DNA from: an uncultured Methanomassiliicoccales archaeon
Lineage (GTDB): Archaea; Thermoplasmatota; Thermoplasmata; Methanomassiliicoccales; Methanomethylophilaceae
Reading direction: 5' to 3'
Length of the DNA stretch: 64,000 nucleotides
NCBI GenBank assembly: GCA_964533525.1
Contig: CAZHJV010000001.1
Location: forward strand, 13,928 to 77,927
Part shown: positions 35,228 through 44,057 of the stretch, in pieces
How positions within the stretch are numbered: position 1 is the first letter of the stretch
Layout: each line of letters opens with the position of its first letter
Notes under the pieces: generated by a model
Databases searched by the model: none
Told to the model about the DNA's origin: nothing
What the model saw: only the letters and a program-made list of their open reading frames with translations
Program-made: the position numbers and the translations under genes

Positions 35228-35258
35228 GGGAGACGGAGACGTCTCCCTTTCTCCTTTT
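35228..35258 (+). terminator. intrinsic-terminator-like hairpin plus T-tract after hypE
   Basis: GGGAGACG-GAGA-CGTCTCCC is a perfect 8-bp stem, followed by TTTCTCCTTTT. Confidence 0.6.
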
Positions 35259-35398
35259 CCCGCATCCGGCATCCCGAATGACCCAGATGCGGAGAACCTC
35301 GCCCCGTCCTCTTTTTCCTAAGGGATACGGAGCTTCCGCCGGGGGGAATAGAACCTTTATAGAACAACCCTGTTGATACCCAATCAGAGTCGATCAAC

Positions 35399-36589
35399 AT
35401 GGTCACATTCCTTCCGTTCAAAGGCTACAGGCCCAACATCCGCGCAGGCGAGAACATCGGCAGCCGCGTATCCCCTCCGTACGACGTCATCGGAGACGAC
35501 TATCTGGCACAGCTGCAGTCCGACGCCAACAACGTCACCAACCTCACCCTCGCGCCCGATGCGGACAAGAGATACACTCAGGCCAGGAAGAGACTCGACG
35601 GCATGATCGAGAGCGGCGCCCTGAAGCAGGACGAGCCCTCGTTCTACATCTACGACCAGACGTTCGAAGCCGACGGGAAGACCTACACCAGAAGGGGCCT
35701 CGTGGGCATCCTGAAGACGGAGGACTACTCCGAAGGGAACATCATCCCCCACGAGGAGACGTTCTCCAAGGTGAAGGCGGACAGGCTGAACCTCCTGAGG
35801 GACATGGAGACCCACCTCGAGAGCATCTTCGGGATATTCCCCGGTCTGGGAGATGACCTCAGCAGGGAGATCGACAACAGTGCCAGACTGCTCTACAGGT
35901 ACGTCGACGGGAACGGCGTCGAACACAGGTACAGCAGGATCTGCGACCCGGATCTCTGCGGCAGAGTCTCCGATAAGCTGAAGGATCAGAAGATGCTGAT
36001 CGCGGACGGCCACCACAGATACGAGACCGCCCTGAACTATGCGAAGGAGAACCCGGACTGCGAGGCGAAACAGTACGTCCTCTGCACCATGGTGGCGCAG
36101 GACGACCCGGGACTCGTCATATGGCCCACCCACCGCCTCATCGATGCGGGGGACATAGGGGAGACCTCCGCCATCAAGAAGATCGGAAAGACCATGGCGA
36201 TGAAGGAGGTCTCCGAGGAGGAGATGGAAGCGGAACTCGGCTCCCACCTCTTCGGGATGATGTTCAGGTCCGGGAGGTGCTTCCTCCTCGACAGCACGGC
36301 CGATGACGGGAACATCCTCATGAAGCTCGACACATACGCCGCCCAGCAGAAGATCCTCTACGGCGTCTACAAGAGCGACGAAGGGAAATCCAAGATCTCC
36401 TACGACGCCGAACTGGAGTCCGTCAAGAAGGCCATGGCCGAGAAGAAACACGATGCGGCCGTAATCCTCAACGCACCGTGCCTTCAGACGATCTGGGACA
36501 TTGCGGGACAGGGCAAGAGGATGCCCAAGAAGACCACCTATTTCTTCCCCAAGATCTGGTCCGGCTGGGTATTCTACAGGATGGCATGA
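35399..36589 (+). CDS. DUF1015 family protein
   Basis: FLPFKGYRP, SPPYDVI, FYIYDQ, IIPHEETFSKVKADRLNLL and LIADGHHRYETAL match the DUF1015 pattern. Confidence 0.85.
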   Translation: MVTFLPFKGYRPNIRAGENIGSRVSPPYDVIGDDYLAQLQSDANNVTNLTLAPDADKRYTQARKRLDGMIESGALKQDEPSFYIYDQTFEADGKTYTRRGLVGILKTEDYSEGNIIPHEETFSKVKADRLNLLRDMETHLESIFGIFPGLGDDLSREIDNSARLLYRYVDGNGVEHRYSRICDPDLCGRVSDKLKDQKMLIADGHHRYETALNYAKENPDCEAKQYVLCTMVAQDDPGLVIWPTHRLIDAGDIGETSAIKKIGKTMAMKEVSEEEMEAELGSHLFGMMFRSGRCFLLDSTADDGNILMKLDTYAAQQKILYGVYKSDEGKSKISYDAELESVKKAMAEKKHDAAVILNAPCLQTIWDIAGQGKRMPKKTTYFFPKIWSGWVFYRMA

Positions 36590-36591
36590 AC

Positions 36592-36631
36592 GGCCCTGCC
36601 GCATACGTGCGGCACGGCCTCTTCCTTTTTT
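36592..36631 (+). terminator. hairpin plus T-tract after the DUF1015 gene
   Basis: GGCCCTGCCGCA-TACG-TGCGGCACGGCC (12 bp with one mismatch), followed by TCTTCCTTTTTT. Confidence 0.6.
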
Positions 36632-36680
36632 GAACGAACGCGGCGGATACGCAGGACTGCGATCCGTGAGAATAACAAAA

Positions 36681-36755
36681 TGGAGCCGCTGGAGGGAATT
36701 GAACCCTCGGCCTACGCCTTACCAAGGCGTCGCTATACCCCTTAGCCACAGCGGC
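36681..36755 (-). tRNA. tRNA-Thr (anticodon GGT), CCA encoded
   Basis: The reverse complement reads GCCGCTG..ACGCC-TTGGTAA-GGCGT..GAGGGTTCAATTCCCTC-CAGCGGC-T-CCA. Confidence 0.9.
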
Positions 36756-36891
36756 AGCATTCTTCGCTAATTGTACATTGATATTTAATGGTTATTGGCT
36801 GGCAGGTTCCGGAGAGCTACCCCGGGACCCCGAACTTCCGACCGTTCTCCGGAAAGAGGCTATTTTATCAATGAACACGTTAGCGGCGGAC

Positions 36892-38826
36892 ATGAAGAAG
36901 GAGATGAGCTCTTTCGATGTCCGCTCCGTGGTCACCGAGATGGCCGCATTGGAGAACGCCCACATGGACAAGATCTTCCAGTGGGGCGCTGGAAACGTCC
37001 TGTTCCGTATCAACACCAAGAACGGCAAGGAGGATCTTTTCTTCAAGGATAAGAAATGGCTTTATCTGTCCCCCGACAGGCCCGACACGCCTGTCACACC
37101 CACCTCCTTCGCCACGTTCCTGAGGAAATACCTCGCCAACGCCCGTATCGGGAAGACGAGACAGATCGGTTTCGACCGTATCGTCGAGATGCAGGTATTC
37201 AAGGCCGAAGGCGAGTATCTCCTGATCTTCGAGATGTTCGGCGGAGGCAACGTCCTCCTGGTGCAGGACGGGAAGATCGTCAACTGCCTCACCCAGAGGA
37301 CCTTCCGCGACAGGGCCACCCGCCCAGGGGAGGAGTACGTCATGCCCAAGGAGCGGTTCAACCCCCTGACCTCCGACCTGAAGTCCTTCGAGGAACTCTT
37401 CAGAAGTTCCGACTCCGACACCGTCAGGACCCTCGCCACCGTCAACAACCTCGGAGGGCAGTATGCCGAAGAGGTCTGCAGACGCGCGGGGGCGGACAAG
37501 TCGGTTCCCGCCAAAGAGGCGGACGGAGGCACCGTCGCCGCCCTCCACTCCGCCGTCATGGAGATCGCCGACTATGTCATGGGGAACCCGTGCCCGACCG
37601 TGTTCCGCAGGGACGGGAAGATCGTGGACATCGCCCCCATGGATCTGCAGATCTACGACGACTGCGTGAAGGAATCCGTCCCCACGATCTCCGAGGCCAT
37701 CGGGAAGTACATGGAGGAGAACAGGGAAGAGGAGAAGAGGGAGTACGTCGACCCCGAGATCGAGAAACTCAAGAAGAGGATCGAGAAACAGAGGGAGACG
37801 GTGGACGCGTACCGCATGGAAGCCGAACGCCTCAAAGCGCAGGCGGATTCCCTCTACACGGAATATCAGAAGGTATCCGAGCTCCTGAACGTCCTCGGCG
37901 AACAGAGCAGGAAGCTGTCGTGGGAGAAGCTCACGGAAGGTGCCCTGAAGATCCCGTACGTGGCCTACATCGACCCCTCCAAGAACACCGTGGCCGCGAA
38001 GATCGGCATCCTCGAAGTGGAGATGGATTACACCAAAAACATCGACACCAACGCCTCCGACATATATGCCAGAGGGAAGGAGCAGGGGGCCAAGGCGGAC
38101 AATGCGGAGAAGGCCCTGAACGACTCCCTGGCGGAGCTGGAGAAGAAGCAGAAGGGTTTCGACAAGAAGGTGGCCGCGGAGCTGTCCAAGGCCAAACCCA
38201 CGAAGAGGTTCTGGTTCGAATCGTACAAGTGGTTCATATCCTCCGGAGGAAGGCTCGTCATCGCCGGGAGGGACGCCCACTCCAACGACCAGGCGGTGAA
38301 GAAGCATCTGAAGGACGGCGACATATACGCCCACGCGGACATCCACGGGGCGCCGTCCATCATCCTGAAGGACGGCCTCAAGGCGTCCGGAGAGGAGCTC
38401 AGGGAGGCCTGCTGGTTCGCTCTGGCACATTCGAAGGCATGGATGGCCGGATCGGCCGAGGGAGGGGCTTTCTGGGCCTATCCCGACCAGGTCAGCAAGA
38501 CCCCCAATGCGGGAGAGTTCGTCCCCAGGGGAGCGTTCATCATCAGGGGGAAGAGGAACTACGAGTACCACCTCCCGCTGGAGATGGGGATCGGGGAGAT
38601 CTATTACGAGAACGAGCGCAAGGTCATGTGCGCCCCCACCCCGGTGATCGAGAAATGCAGCGAAAAGTACTGTGTCATACGCCCCTCGAAGGAGAAGAAC
38701 GGCAGGATGGCGGGAGATATCGCCAAGCTGTTCGAGGTCCCGGAGGAGGAGGTCTCGAGGATCCTCCCGCCGGGATCGGTGGAGATAGTCCGCAGAGTAT
38801 TCCCCAAACCGGAAGAGGACGAGTGA
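36892..38826 (+). CDS. NFACT family protein (RqcH/Rqc2/FbpA homolog, ribosome quality control)
   Basis: N-terminal NFACT-N (MKKEMSSFDVRSVVTEM..FEMFGGGNVLLV), a long coiled coil, and C-terminal NFACT-R/DUF814 (DIYAHADIHGAPSIILK). Alternative starts lie at 36871 and 36778 (track). Confidence 0.9.
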   Translation: MKKEMSSFDVRSVVTEMAALENAHMDKIFQWGAGNVLFRINTKNGKEDLFFKDKKWLYLSPDRPDTPVTPTSFATFLRKYLANARIGKTRQIGFDRIVEMQVFKAEGEYLLIFEMFGGGNVLLVQDGKIVNCLTQRTFRDRATRPGEEYVMPKERFNPLTSDLKSFEELFRSSDSDTVRTLATVNNLGGQYAEEVCRRAGADKSVPAKEADGGTVAALHSAVMEIADYVMGNPCPTVFRRDGKIVDIAPMDLQIYDDCVKESVPTISEAIGKYMEENREEEKREYVDPEIEKLKKRIEKQRETVDAYRMEAERLKAQADSLYTEYQKVSELLNVLGEQSRKLSWEKLTEGALKIPYVAYIDPSKNTVAAKIGILEVEMDYTKNIDTNASDIYARGKEQGAKADNAEKALNDSLAELEKKQKGFDKKVAAELSKAKPTKRFWFESYKWFISSGGRLVIAGRDAHSNDQAVKKHLKDGDIYAHADIHGAPSIILKDGLKASGEELREACWFALAHSKAWMAGSAEGGAFWAYPDQVSKTPNAGEFVPRGAFIIRGKRNYEYHLPLEMGIGEIYYENERKVMCAPTPVIEKCSEKYCVIRPSKEKNGRMAGDIAKLFEVPEEEVSRILPPGSVEIVRRVFPKPEEDE

Positions 38827-38936
38827 CGGCCCTCCGGCATGGTGAAACCTGCCGAATATGCTGAATGCGTCGGCGCAACAGCTGGACAGCGTAAACGCCG
38901 CAGAAACCTGCACAGATGCCGATATCGAAAAAGGTA

Positions 38937-39013
38937 TGGCGGGCATATTGGGATTCGAACCCAAGTCTAGGGCTCCGCAAGCCCCTAGGATATCCAAGCT
39001 ACCCCATATGCCC
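38937..39013 (-). tRNA. tRNA-Arg (anticodon GCG), CCA encoded
   Basis: The reverse complement reads GGGCATA..AGGGC-TTGCGGA-GCCCT..TTGGGTTCGAATCCCAA-TATGCCC-G-CCA. Confidence 0.9.
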
Positions 39014-39061
39014 GTATAATGTGCGGTCAAATCCTTTCGGATAAGTAAATGGTTTTACCTA

Positions 39062-39253
39062 TCATGCCTCAGGGTGAGACAGATAGCGGGTGATGTATCC
39101 GGCGATCTTGTTCCTCATGGGAACCGTCTTGACGTCGGTAAGGGTTGCGACCATTTCCTTGTTGTTGTCGAAATCCTTGTTGAACGCCTGAGGATATTTG
39201 TTGACGAGTTCGATGGATACTCTCTTGATGTAGGTGGGTCTTATTCTTCCCAT
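39062..39253 (-). CDS. rps17e: 30S ribosomal protein S17e
   Basis: MGRIRPTYIKRVSIELVNKYPQAFNKDFDNNKEMV. The track ORF adds 3 codons (MKD) upstream, to 39262. Confidence 0.92.
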   Translation of the reverse strand: MGRIRPTYIKRVSIELVNKYPQAFNKDFDNNKEMVATLTDVKTVPMRNKIAGYITRYLSHPEA

Positions 39254-39391
39254 ATCTTTCACCGAGTAATCCGACTGATGGATATTCCTTATTTAAAACA
39301 TTGTGAACAGGACGGGCCTGCATCGCCACAGGGAACCCCCCTTCCCGCATGCTCCGATGCGTGAAATACAGGGTCCGCGGCCACTGTCCGT

Positions 39392-40048
39392 TCAATCCCG
39401 GCGGGGATGTCCGCAGGTCTTCTTCCCCTCGGGGCACGGGCCCCTGACGCATGCGGGTCCCGCATCGGCGAATATGACGGGGGACACCTCTCTGCAGAGC
39501 CTGAGCATCTCGTCGGCCATGGCCCTGATCTCCCACTGGGCCCTGTTGCAGCACCTCATGGAGAAGAAGTGCAGCAGCTCGCGGGCGTTCATCGTGATGG
39601 TGATGTCGGTGGTGCATCCGTTGGGGAGCACGTACCTCGCATCCTCCGCGGGAATACCTAGATTGATCAGATCCGCATACGCCTTCCATATCCTGTCCAT
39701 GGTGTCGGCGTAGACCTGCGATGCTTTCCCGTCCCCTTTCACTGTCTCCGGGACCACGAACGTCGGCTCCGAGATCTCCACGTACCTCTGGGACTGCTGG
39801 GAGAACGATGCGATGCGGTGCCTCACCAGCTGATGGGTGAGGGCACGGGAGACCCCTTCCACGGAGAACGTGAACACGGCGTGTTCGATGACGGAGTGGT
39901 GCCCCATCCCTATGACACGGCGCAGCATCTTCTCCGGGTCGACCTCCTCCAGGAGGTCCGCGGAGGACCTGTCCGAATAACATGAATGCGCCGCCGCGGC
40001 GCAGATCCTGTCCGCGTCGGGGGTATGTGCCAGCAATGTAACCTTCAT
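39392..40048 (-). CDS. thyX: FAD-dependent thymidylate synthase ThyX
   Basis: ThyX motif RHRIASFSQQSQRY. The start MKVTLLAHTPDAD at 40048 overlaps the traB-like stop by 1 nt. The remaining N-terminus of track ORF 39392..40213 is out-of-gene read-through. Confidence 0.92.
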   Translation of the reverse strand: MKVTLLAHTPDADRICAAAAHSCYSDRSSADLLEEVDPEKMLRRVIGMGHHSVIEHAVFTFSVEGVSRALTHQLVRHRIASFSQQSQRYVEISEPTFVVPETVKGDGKASQVYADTMDRIWKAYADLINLGIPAEDARYVLPNGCTTDITITMNARELLHFFSMRCCNRAQWEIRAMADEMLRLCREVSPVIFADAGPACVRGPCPEGKKTCGHPRRD

Positions 40049-40797
40049 CAATCCGCACCTTCCCAATACTCTGTCTTGAGTTCCTTCAGACGGGCGGGGT
40101 CCATGAGTTCCTTCAGGCGGATCACCCTCCTGTCCGAATCCGGAAGCAGTTTCAGGAGACCGTCCACATGGCCGTCCCCGACCACCGCCACGACCCTCTC
40201 GTGGGTGGCGCATATCTCCCGGATCCTTGCGGCCATGTGCTCGTTCCTCTCGTCGATGAGGACCCTCACCATCGCAGGATACTTCTTCCTCATCTCCTCG
40301 ACGTAGGCCGCCTGATCCTTGGAATAATCCTTCTGGGTCTTATCGACCTTCCTCTTCCCGAAGATGTTGTCCGTGATACCGGACATCCTGTAACGGAACT
40401 TCTCGCCGCGTCCCATCTGAGACCACATGCGGTCCATTGCGACGGCCGCATCCGTATCTATGCAGAAGATCTCCGCATCGCAGGACTTCGCGGCGCCGAT
40501 GGCCGCCACCATGTCCGCCCCCGCGGTGCTCTTGTTCTGCGCAGACATCTTCTCCTGGTATCTGGCAGACTGCCTGTAGGCGGCGTTCATGTTCTTCAGC
40601 CGTTCCTCCTTGGATGCGTCGGGATTTATCCCGCGGGCCTCCAGATCTTTTCTGAGGGCCTCCTTGTCGCCCGTGAGGGCGTGGTATCTCATATCGTCGA
40701 GTTCCACGCACACGGCCTGCGGCCAGCACCGTCTGACGATGAACGAGACGGGTTCCGAGATGTTGAAAACGTGGCCGGTCCCGATTATCGTGAGCAT
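40048..40797 (-). CDS. TraB/PrgY/GumN family protein
   Basis: MLTIIGTGHVFNISE (GTxHV signature), VCVELD and the C-terminal VVAVVGDGHVDGL. Confidence 0.8.
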   Translation of the reverse strand: MLTIIGTGHVFNISEPVSFIVRRCWPQAVCVELDDMRYHALTGDKEALRKDLEARGINPDASKEERLKNMNAAYRQSARYQEKMSAQNKSTAGADMVAAIGAAKSCDAEIFCIDTDAAVAMDRMWSQMGRGEKFRYRMSGITDNIFGKRKVDKTQKDYSKDQAAYVEEMRKKYPAMVRVLIDERNEHMAARIREICATHERVVAVVGDGHVDGLLKLLPDSDRRVIRLKELMDPARLKELKTEYWEGAD

Positions 40798-40848
40798 ATC
40801 CTTCCCAATACCGTCGGGCGATATAACGCATTTGTTCCTTCGGAAGCG

Positions 40849-41289
40849 TCACTCCCCGGCCGATACGGGACAGCCCTGTATCCACTCGCCGGAATAGGTC
40901 ACGGAGCCGTCCGGAGCGTAGAGGACGCCGATGCCCTCCATCTTCCCGTCCTTGAAACCGCCCTCGTAGACCTCGCCGTTGGCCCAGACCATCTTCCCTA
41001 TGCCGCAGAAGGTGCCGTCCACGAAATCGCCGGTGTAGACGTCCCCCGCGGGCCACCTGAAGGTGCCCTTCCCGGTGCGGACGTCATCCCTGAACTCACC
41101 CTCGTAGACCCTTCCGTCGGGCCATCTGAACGTTCCCCTTCCGGTGCGGACGCCGTTCTCAAAGTAACCCACGTAGGATTCTCCGTTGTTCCACATGAAC
41201 ATCCCGAGACCGTGCTCGGTCGTCCCGTCTTCCGCGACCGCGCCGACGTAGTATCCGTTGTCGTAATCGATCCTGACGTCCTCTGCCAT
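40849..41289 (-). CDS. MORN-repeat protein
   Basis: 146 aa with about six Y.G.F..G...G.G.....G units (YVGYFENGVRTGRGTFRWPDGRVYEGEFRDDVRTGKGTFRWPAGDVYTGDFVDG). It is the real 3' part of track ORF 40849..42027. Confidence 0.8.
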   Translation of the reverse strand: MAEDVRIDYDNGYYVGAVAEDGTTEHGLGMFMWNNGESYVGYFENGVRTGRGTFRWPDGRVYEGEFRDDVRTGKGTFRWPAGDVYTGDFVDGTFCGIGKMVWANGEVYEGGFKDGKMEGIGVLYAPDGSVTYSGEWIQGCPVSAGE

Positions 41290-41370
41290 GGGGAACCCAA
41301 TCCCGCATACGGTGTTAAAACCTGCGCTGCGGGGACCAGTATAATCTACGGGCTCGGCATATCCCCGGCC

Positions 41371-42036
41371 ATGCGCGGAAAATACGACCTCGTCTGCTTC
41401 GACATGGACGGGGTTCTCACCAAACTGAGGAGTTCCTGGGCCTGGATCCACCAGAGTCTCGGGGTGGAGAACGAAGCCGCTTACAGGGCGTTCATCAACC
41501 AGGAGATCGACGAGAGGGAGTTCATGCGCAGGGATATCGCCAAATGGAAATCCGCGAAGCCCGACATCTGCGAACGCGACCTCATCCGTTTCTTCCGCGA
41601 CATGCCGGTCATCGACGGCATCCAAGAGACCGTCGCATCCCTCAGGGAATGCGGGATGAAATGCGTCATAATCAGCGGCGGGATAGACATCGCCGCGAAC
41701 ATGCTGAAGAACGAATACGGATTCGACGACTGCATCGCCGACAGGGTGCTGACCAATCCCGACGGCACGCTCTCCGGAGAGGGTGAGGTCGTGGTGGATC
41801 TGAAGGACAAAGGGATCTTCGTCAGAAAGTACATCGAGAAATACGGCACCTCTCAGGAAAGGACCGTGTCCCTCGGCAACTCGTTCACCGACATACCGAT
41901 GTTCAAGAACTCCGCCGTGTCGATCGCGTTCAACCCCACCGACCCCTACACGTCGGATGCGGCCACCTACACGGTGAGGAGCGACAACATCGCGGATATC
42001 CTCGACTGCATCCTGCCCGACGGGCACGGGAACTGA
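41371..42036 (+). CDS. HAD-superfamily hydrolase, subfamily IB (phosphoserine-phosphatase-like)
   Basis: Motif I CFDMDGVL, ISGGID, and motif III/IV KG..V..Y......SLGNSFTD. It is the real 3' part of track ORF 40168..42036. Confidence 0.8.
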   Translation: MRGKYDLVCFDMDGVLTKLRSSWAWIHQSLGVENEAAYRAFINQEIDEREFMRRDIAKWKSAKPDICERDLIRFFRDMPVIDGIQETVASLRECGMKCVIISGGIDIAANMLKNEYGFDDCIADRVLTNPDGTLSGEGEVVVDLKDKGIFVRKYIEKYGTSQERTVSLGNSFTDIPMFKNSAVSIAFNPTDPYTSDAATYTVRSDNIADILDCILPDGHGN

Positions 42037-42039
42037 ATC

Positions 42040-42732
42040 TCACTCGTCGAGATCCATCGTCCCGTCGTCGTAGACGGATTCGTCGAACGGGGCGTCCTCG
42101 TCGACGAGGAGTTCCTCGGGGCGCTGCTGGCCGCTGAGTTTCTTGCCGTAGATGCGGACGATGTCCCTGGCCTCCGCGGTGCCTCTCCTGATGAGCTTCG
42201 TGTGGGTCTTGATCGCATGGATTACGGCGTCCCACGTCTCGAAGTTCATGATCATCCCGACGGTGAACTCGTCGTCGGGCTCCGCCTCGACGTACATGGG
42301 ATAGGTCTTCTTGTAATCGTTGACGGAGACCTTCACGTGGAGGACGTCGAAACTCTTGACCCAGAGGGCCTTCACGTCGGGTGCGTTGCAGGATTTCCTC
42401 CTCTTCCCCTCGGCGTTGTCGATGTAGGTGATCCTGACATGGCGGCCGTCGTCCAGATCGAACTCGTCGCCGACCTCCACGATCTCGTCCTCGAGGAGGA
42501 CGGTCTTGGTGACCTCGGTGACATCCTGGTCGCTGAACATGACCTTCACCTCGATCTTCCTGGGAAGTCTGATGGTCCCGGTGAACACGCGTCCGCACTC
42601 CCCGCAGCGGAAGGTCCCGCTGATACTGGATTTCCCCATCTTCGCCTTCAGGATATCATGTTCCGTGATATCGGCGCAGTCGGGGCACTGATATAATATC
42701 GTATCCGGGAGTTCTTCTGCCATGTCCTTCAC
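42040..42732 (-). CDS. archaeal Zn-ribbon protein (COG1326-like), acidic C-terminal tail
   Basis: CPDC..(24 aa)..CGEC Zn-ribbon at the N-terminus, followed by a beta-rich domain. 230 aa. Confidence 0.7.
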   Translation of the reverse strand: MKDMAEELPDTILYQCPDCADITEHDILKAKMGKSSISGTFRCGECGRVFTGTIRLPRKIEVKVMFSDQDVTEVTKTVLLEDEIVEVGDEFDLDDGRHVRITYIDNAEGKRRKSCNAPDVKALWVKSFDVLHVKVSVNDYKKTYPMYVEAEPDDEFTVGMIMNFETWDAVIHAIKTHTKLIRRGTAEARDIVRIYGKKLSGQQRPEELLVDEDAPFDESVYDDGTMDLDE

Positions 42733-42755
42733 CTATGGGCCACGTGTAAGCGGTC

Positions 42756-43358
42756 TTATTTATAAAGCCTTTTAAGGGACCCGACGGTGAACGGTTTCCC
42801 GTGGCCCGGAATGACCACGTCGGCGTATCTCGCGATCCTCGCCATGGACGCCATCGCCTTCTCCGGGTCCGTATTGAGTGCTGGGACTGTCTTCTTGGCC
42901 AGATTGTCCTGCAGCGGGACCGCGTCCCCTGCGAACGCGTAGTTCCTGTCGGCGTCGACGAACACGGAACCGGAATCGTCGCTGTGACCGGGGGTACGGA
43001 CGAAACGCACGCCTCTGGCGATCTCCTTCTCGGTCTCCAGGACCGTGACCCCGTCCATGGGTTCCCCGCCGGAGAACTTGTAGACCTTCGCATTGCGGAA
43101 CATCCCGACGTTGCCGACATGGTCGGGGTGGGAATGGGTGAGCAGCACGATGTCCACATCCTCCGGGAAGATCTTCCCGATCTGCCTGAAGGACGTCTTT
43201 ATCCCGGCCCTCATGTACTCCTGGGACGTGTCGATGACGATGTTGTGCCCGTCGTCGGTCCTCACGAGCGAGGAGGTGGACCAGGTCCCGGAGGATACGA
43301 CCGCGCCGGATGCGTCCCTTTCGAGATGCCCGATGACCAGGATGTCTATGGATGTCAT
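42756..43358 (-). CDS. MBL-fold metallo-hydrolase
   Basis: LLTHSHPDHVGN (HxHxDH motif), TPGHSDDS and IPGHG. Start at MTSIDILVIGH; the longer track ORF to 43820 is antisense to the neighbouring gene. Confidence 0.85.
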   Translation of the reverse strand: MTSIDILVIGHLERDASGAVVSSGTWSTSSLVRTDDGHNIVIDTSQEYMRAGIKTSFRQIGKIFPEDVDIVLLTHSHPDHVGNVGMFRNAKVYKFSGGEPMDGVTVLETEKEIARGVRFVRTPGHSDDSGSVFVDADRNYAFAGDAVPLQDNLAKKTVPALNTDPEKAMASMARIARYADVVIPGHGKPFTVGSLKRLYK

Positions 43359-43403
43359 GGAATCAGGAATAAAATACCCCGATGAATATGTTGTCCCGGT
43401 ACA

Positions 43404-43979
43404 ATGGAATACAGGGACGGTCTCGATATAGCGGATGATCCGGACGTCTATCCCCCGTCGGAGGACAGCATACTGCTGGCGGAGTCCCTCGACATAAGGA
43501 AGGGCGAGAAGGTCCTGGAGATCGGACCCGGCTCCGGGATCGTATCCATACAGTGCGCCCTCAATGGGGCGGAGGTCGTCTGCGGGGACATCAACCCGAA
43601 GGCGGTGGCCCTCACGAGGAGGAATGCGGAGGCGAACGGCGTCTCCGTGAAGGCCGTGGAGAGCGACGTGTACTCCGCCATCGAAGGAAGGTTCGATACG
43701 ATCGTGTTCAACCTCCCGTACCTCCCGGTGGAGGACGAAGGCGAACTCGCGAAGGCATGGTCCGGCGGAAAGGACGGCCTCGGGCCGCTGCCGAGACTCC
43801 TGGAAGGAGCGCCGGAACATCTCCTCCCGGGCGGGAGGATTGTCGTGGTGGTGTCATCCCTCATGGACGGGGAACGCCTGAAAGAGGTCCTCGGAGACCG
43901 CCCCGTGAAGGTCCTCGGAGAACTCCCTCTGTTCTTCGAAAAGCTGCAGGTCTTGGAGATTCGGTTCCCGGGCATCTGA
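43404..43979 (+). CDS. HemK/Mtq2-like N5-glutamine methyltransferase
   Basis: VLEIGPGSGIVS (SAM motif I) and FNLPYLP (an NPPY-type substrate motif). 191 aa. Confidence 0.75.
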   Translation: MEYRDGLDIADDPDVYPPSEDSILLAESLDIRKGEKVLEIGPGSGIVSIQCALNGAEVVCGDINPKAVALTRRNAEANGVSVKAVESDVYSAIEGRFDTIVFNLPYLPVEDEGELAKAWSGGKDGLGPLPRLLEGAPEHLLPGGRIVVVVSSLMDGERLKEVLGDRPVKVLGELPLFFEKLQVLEIRFPGI

Positions 43980-44057
43980 TTTTTCATATCTGGCACATTG
44001 TTTTTCAAACAGAAATAAAGGGTGATGCGGACCCGTCCGCGAGGACGGGCGGACGCA

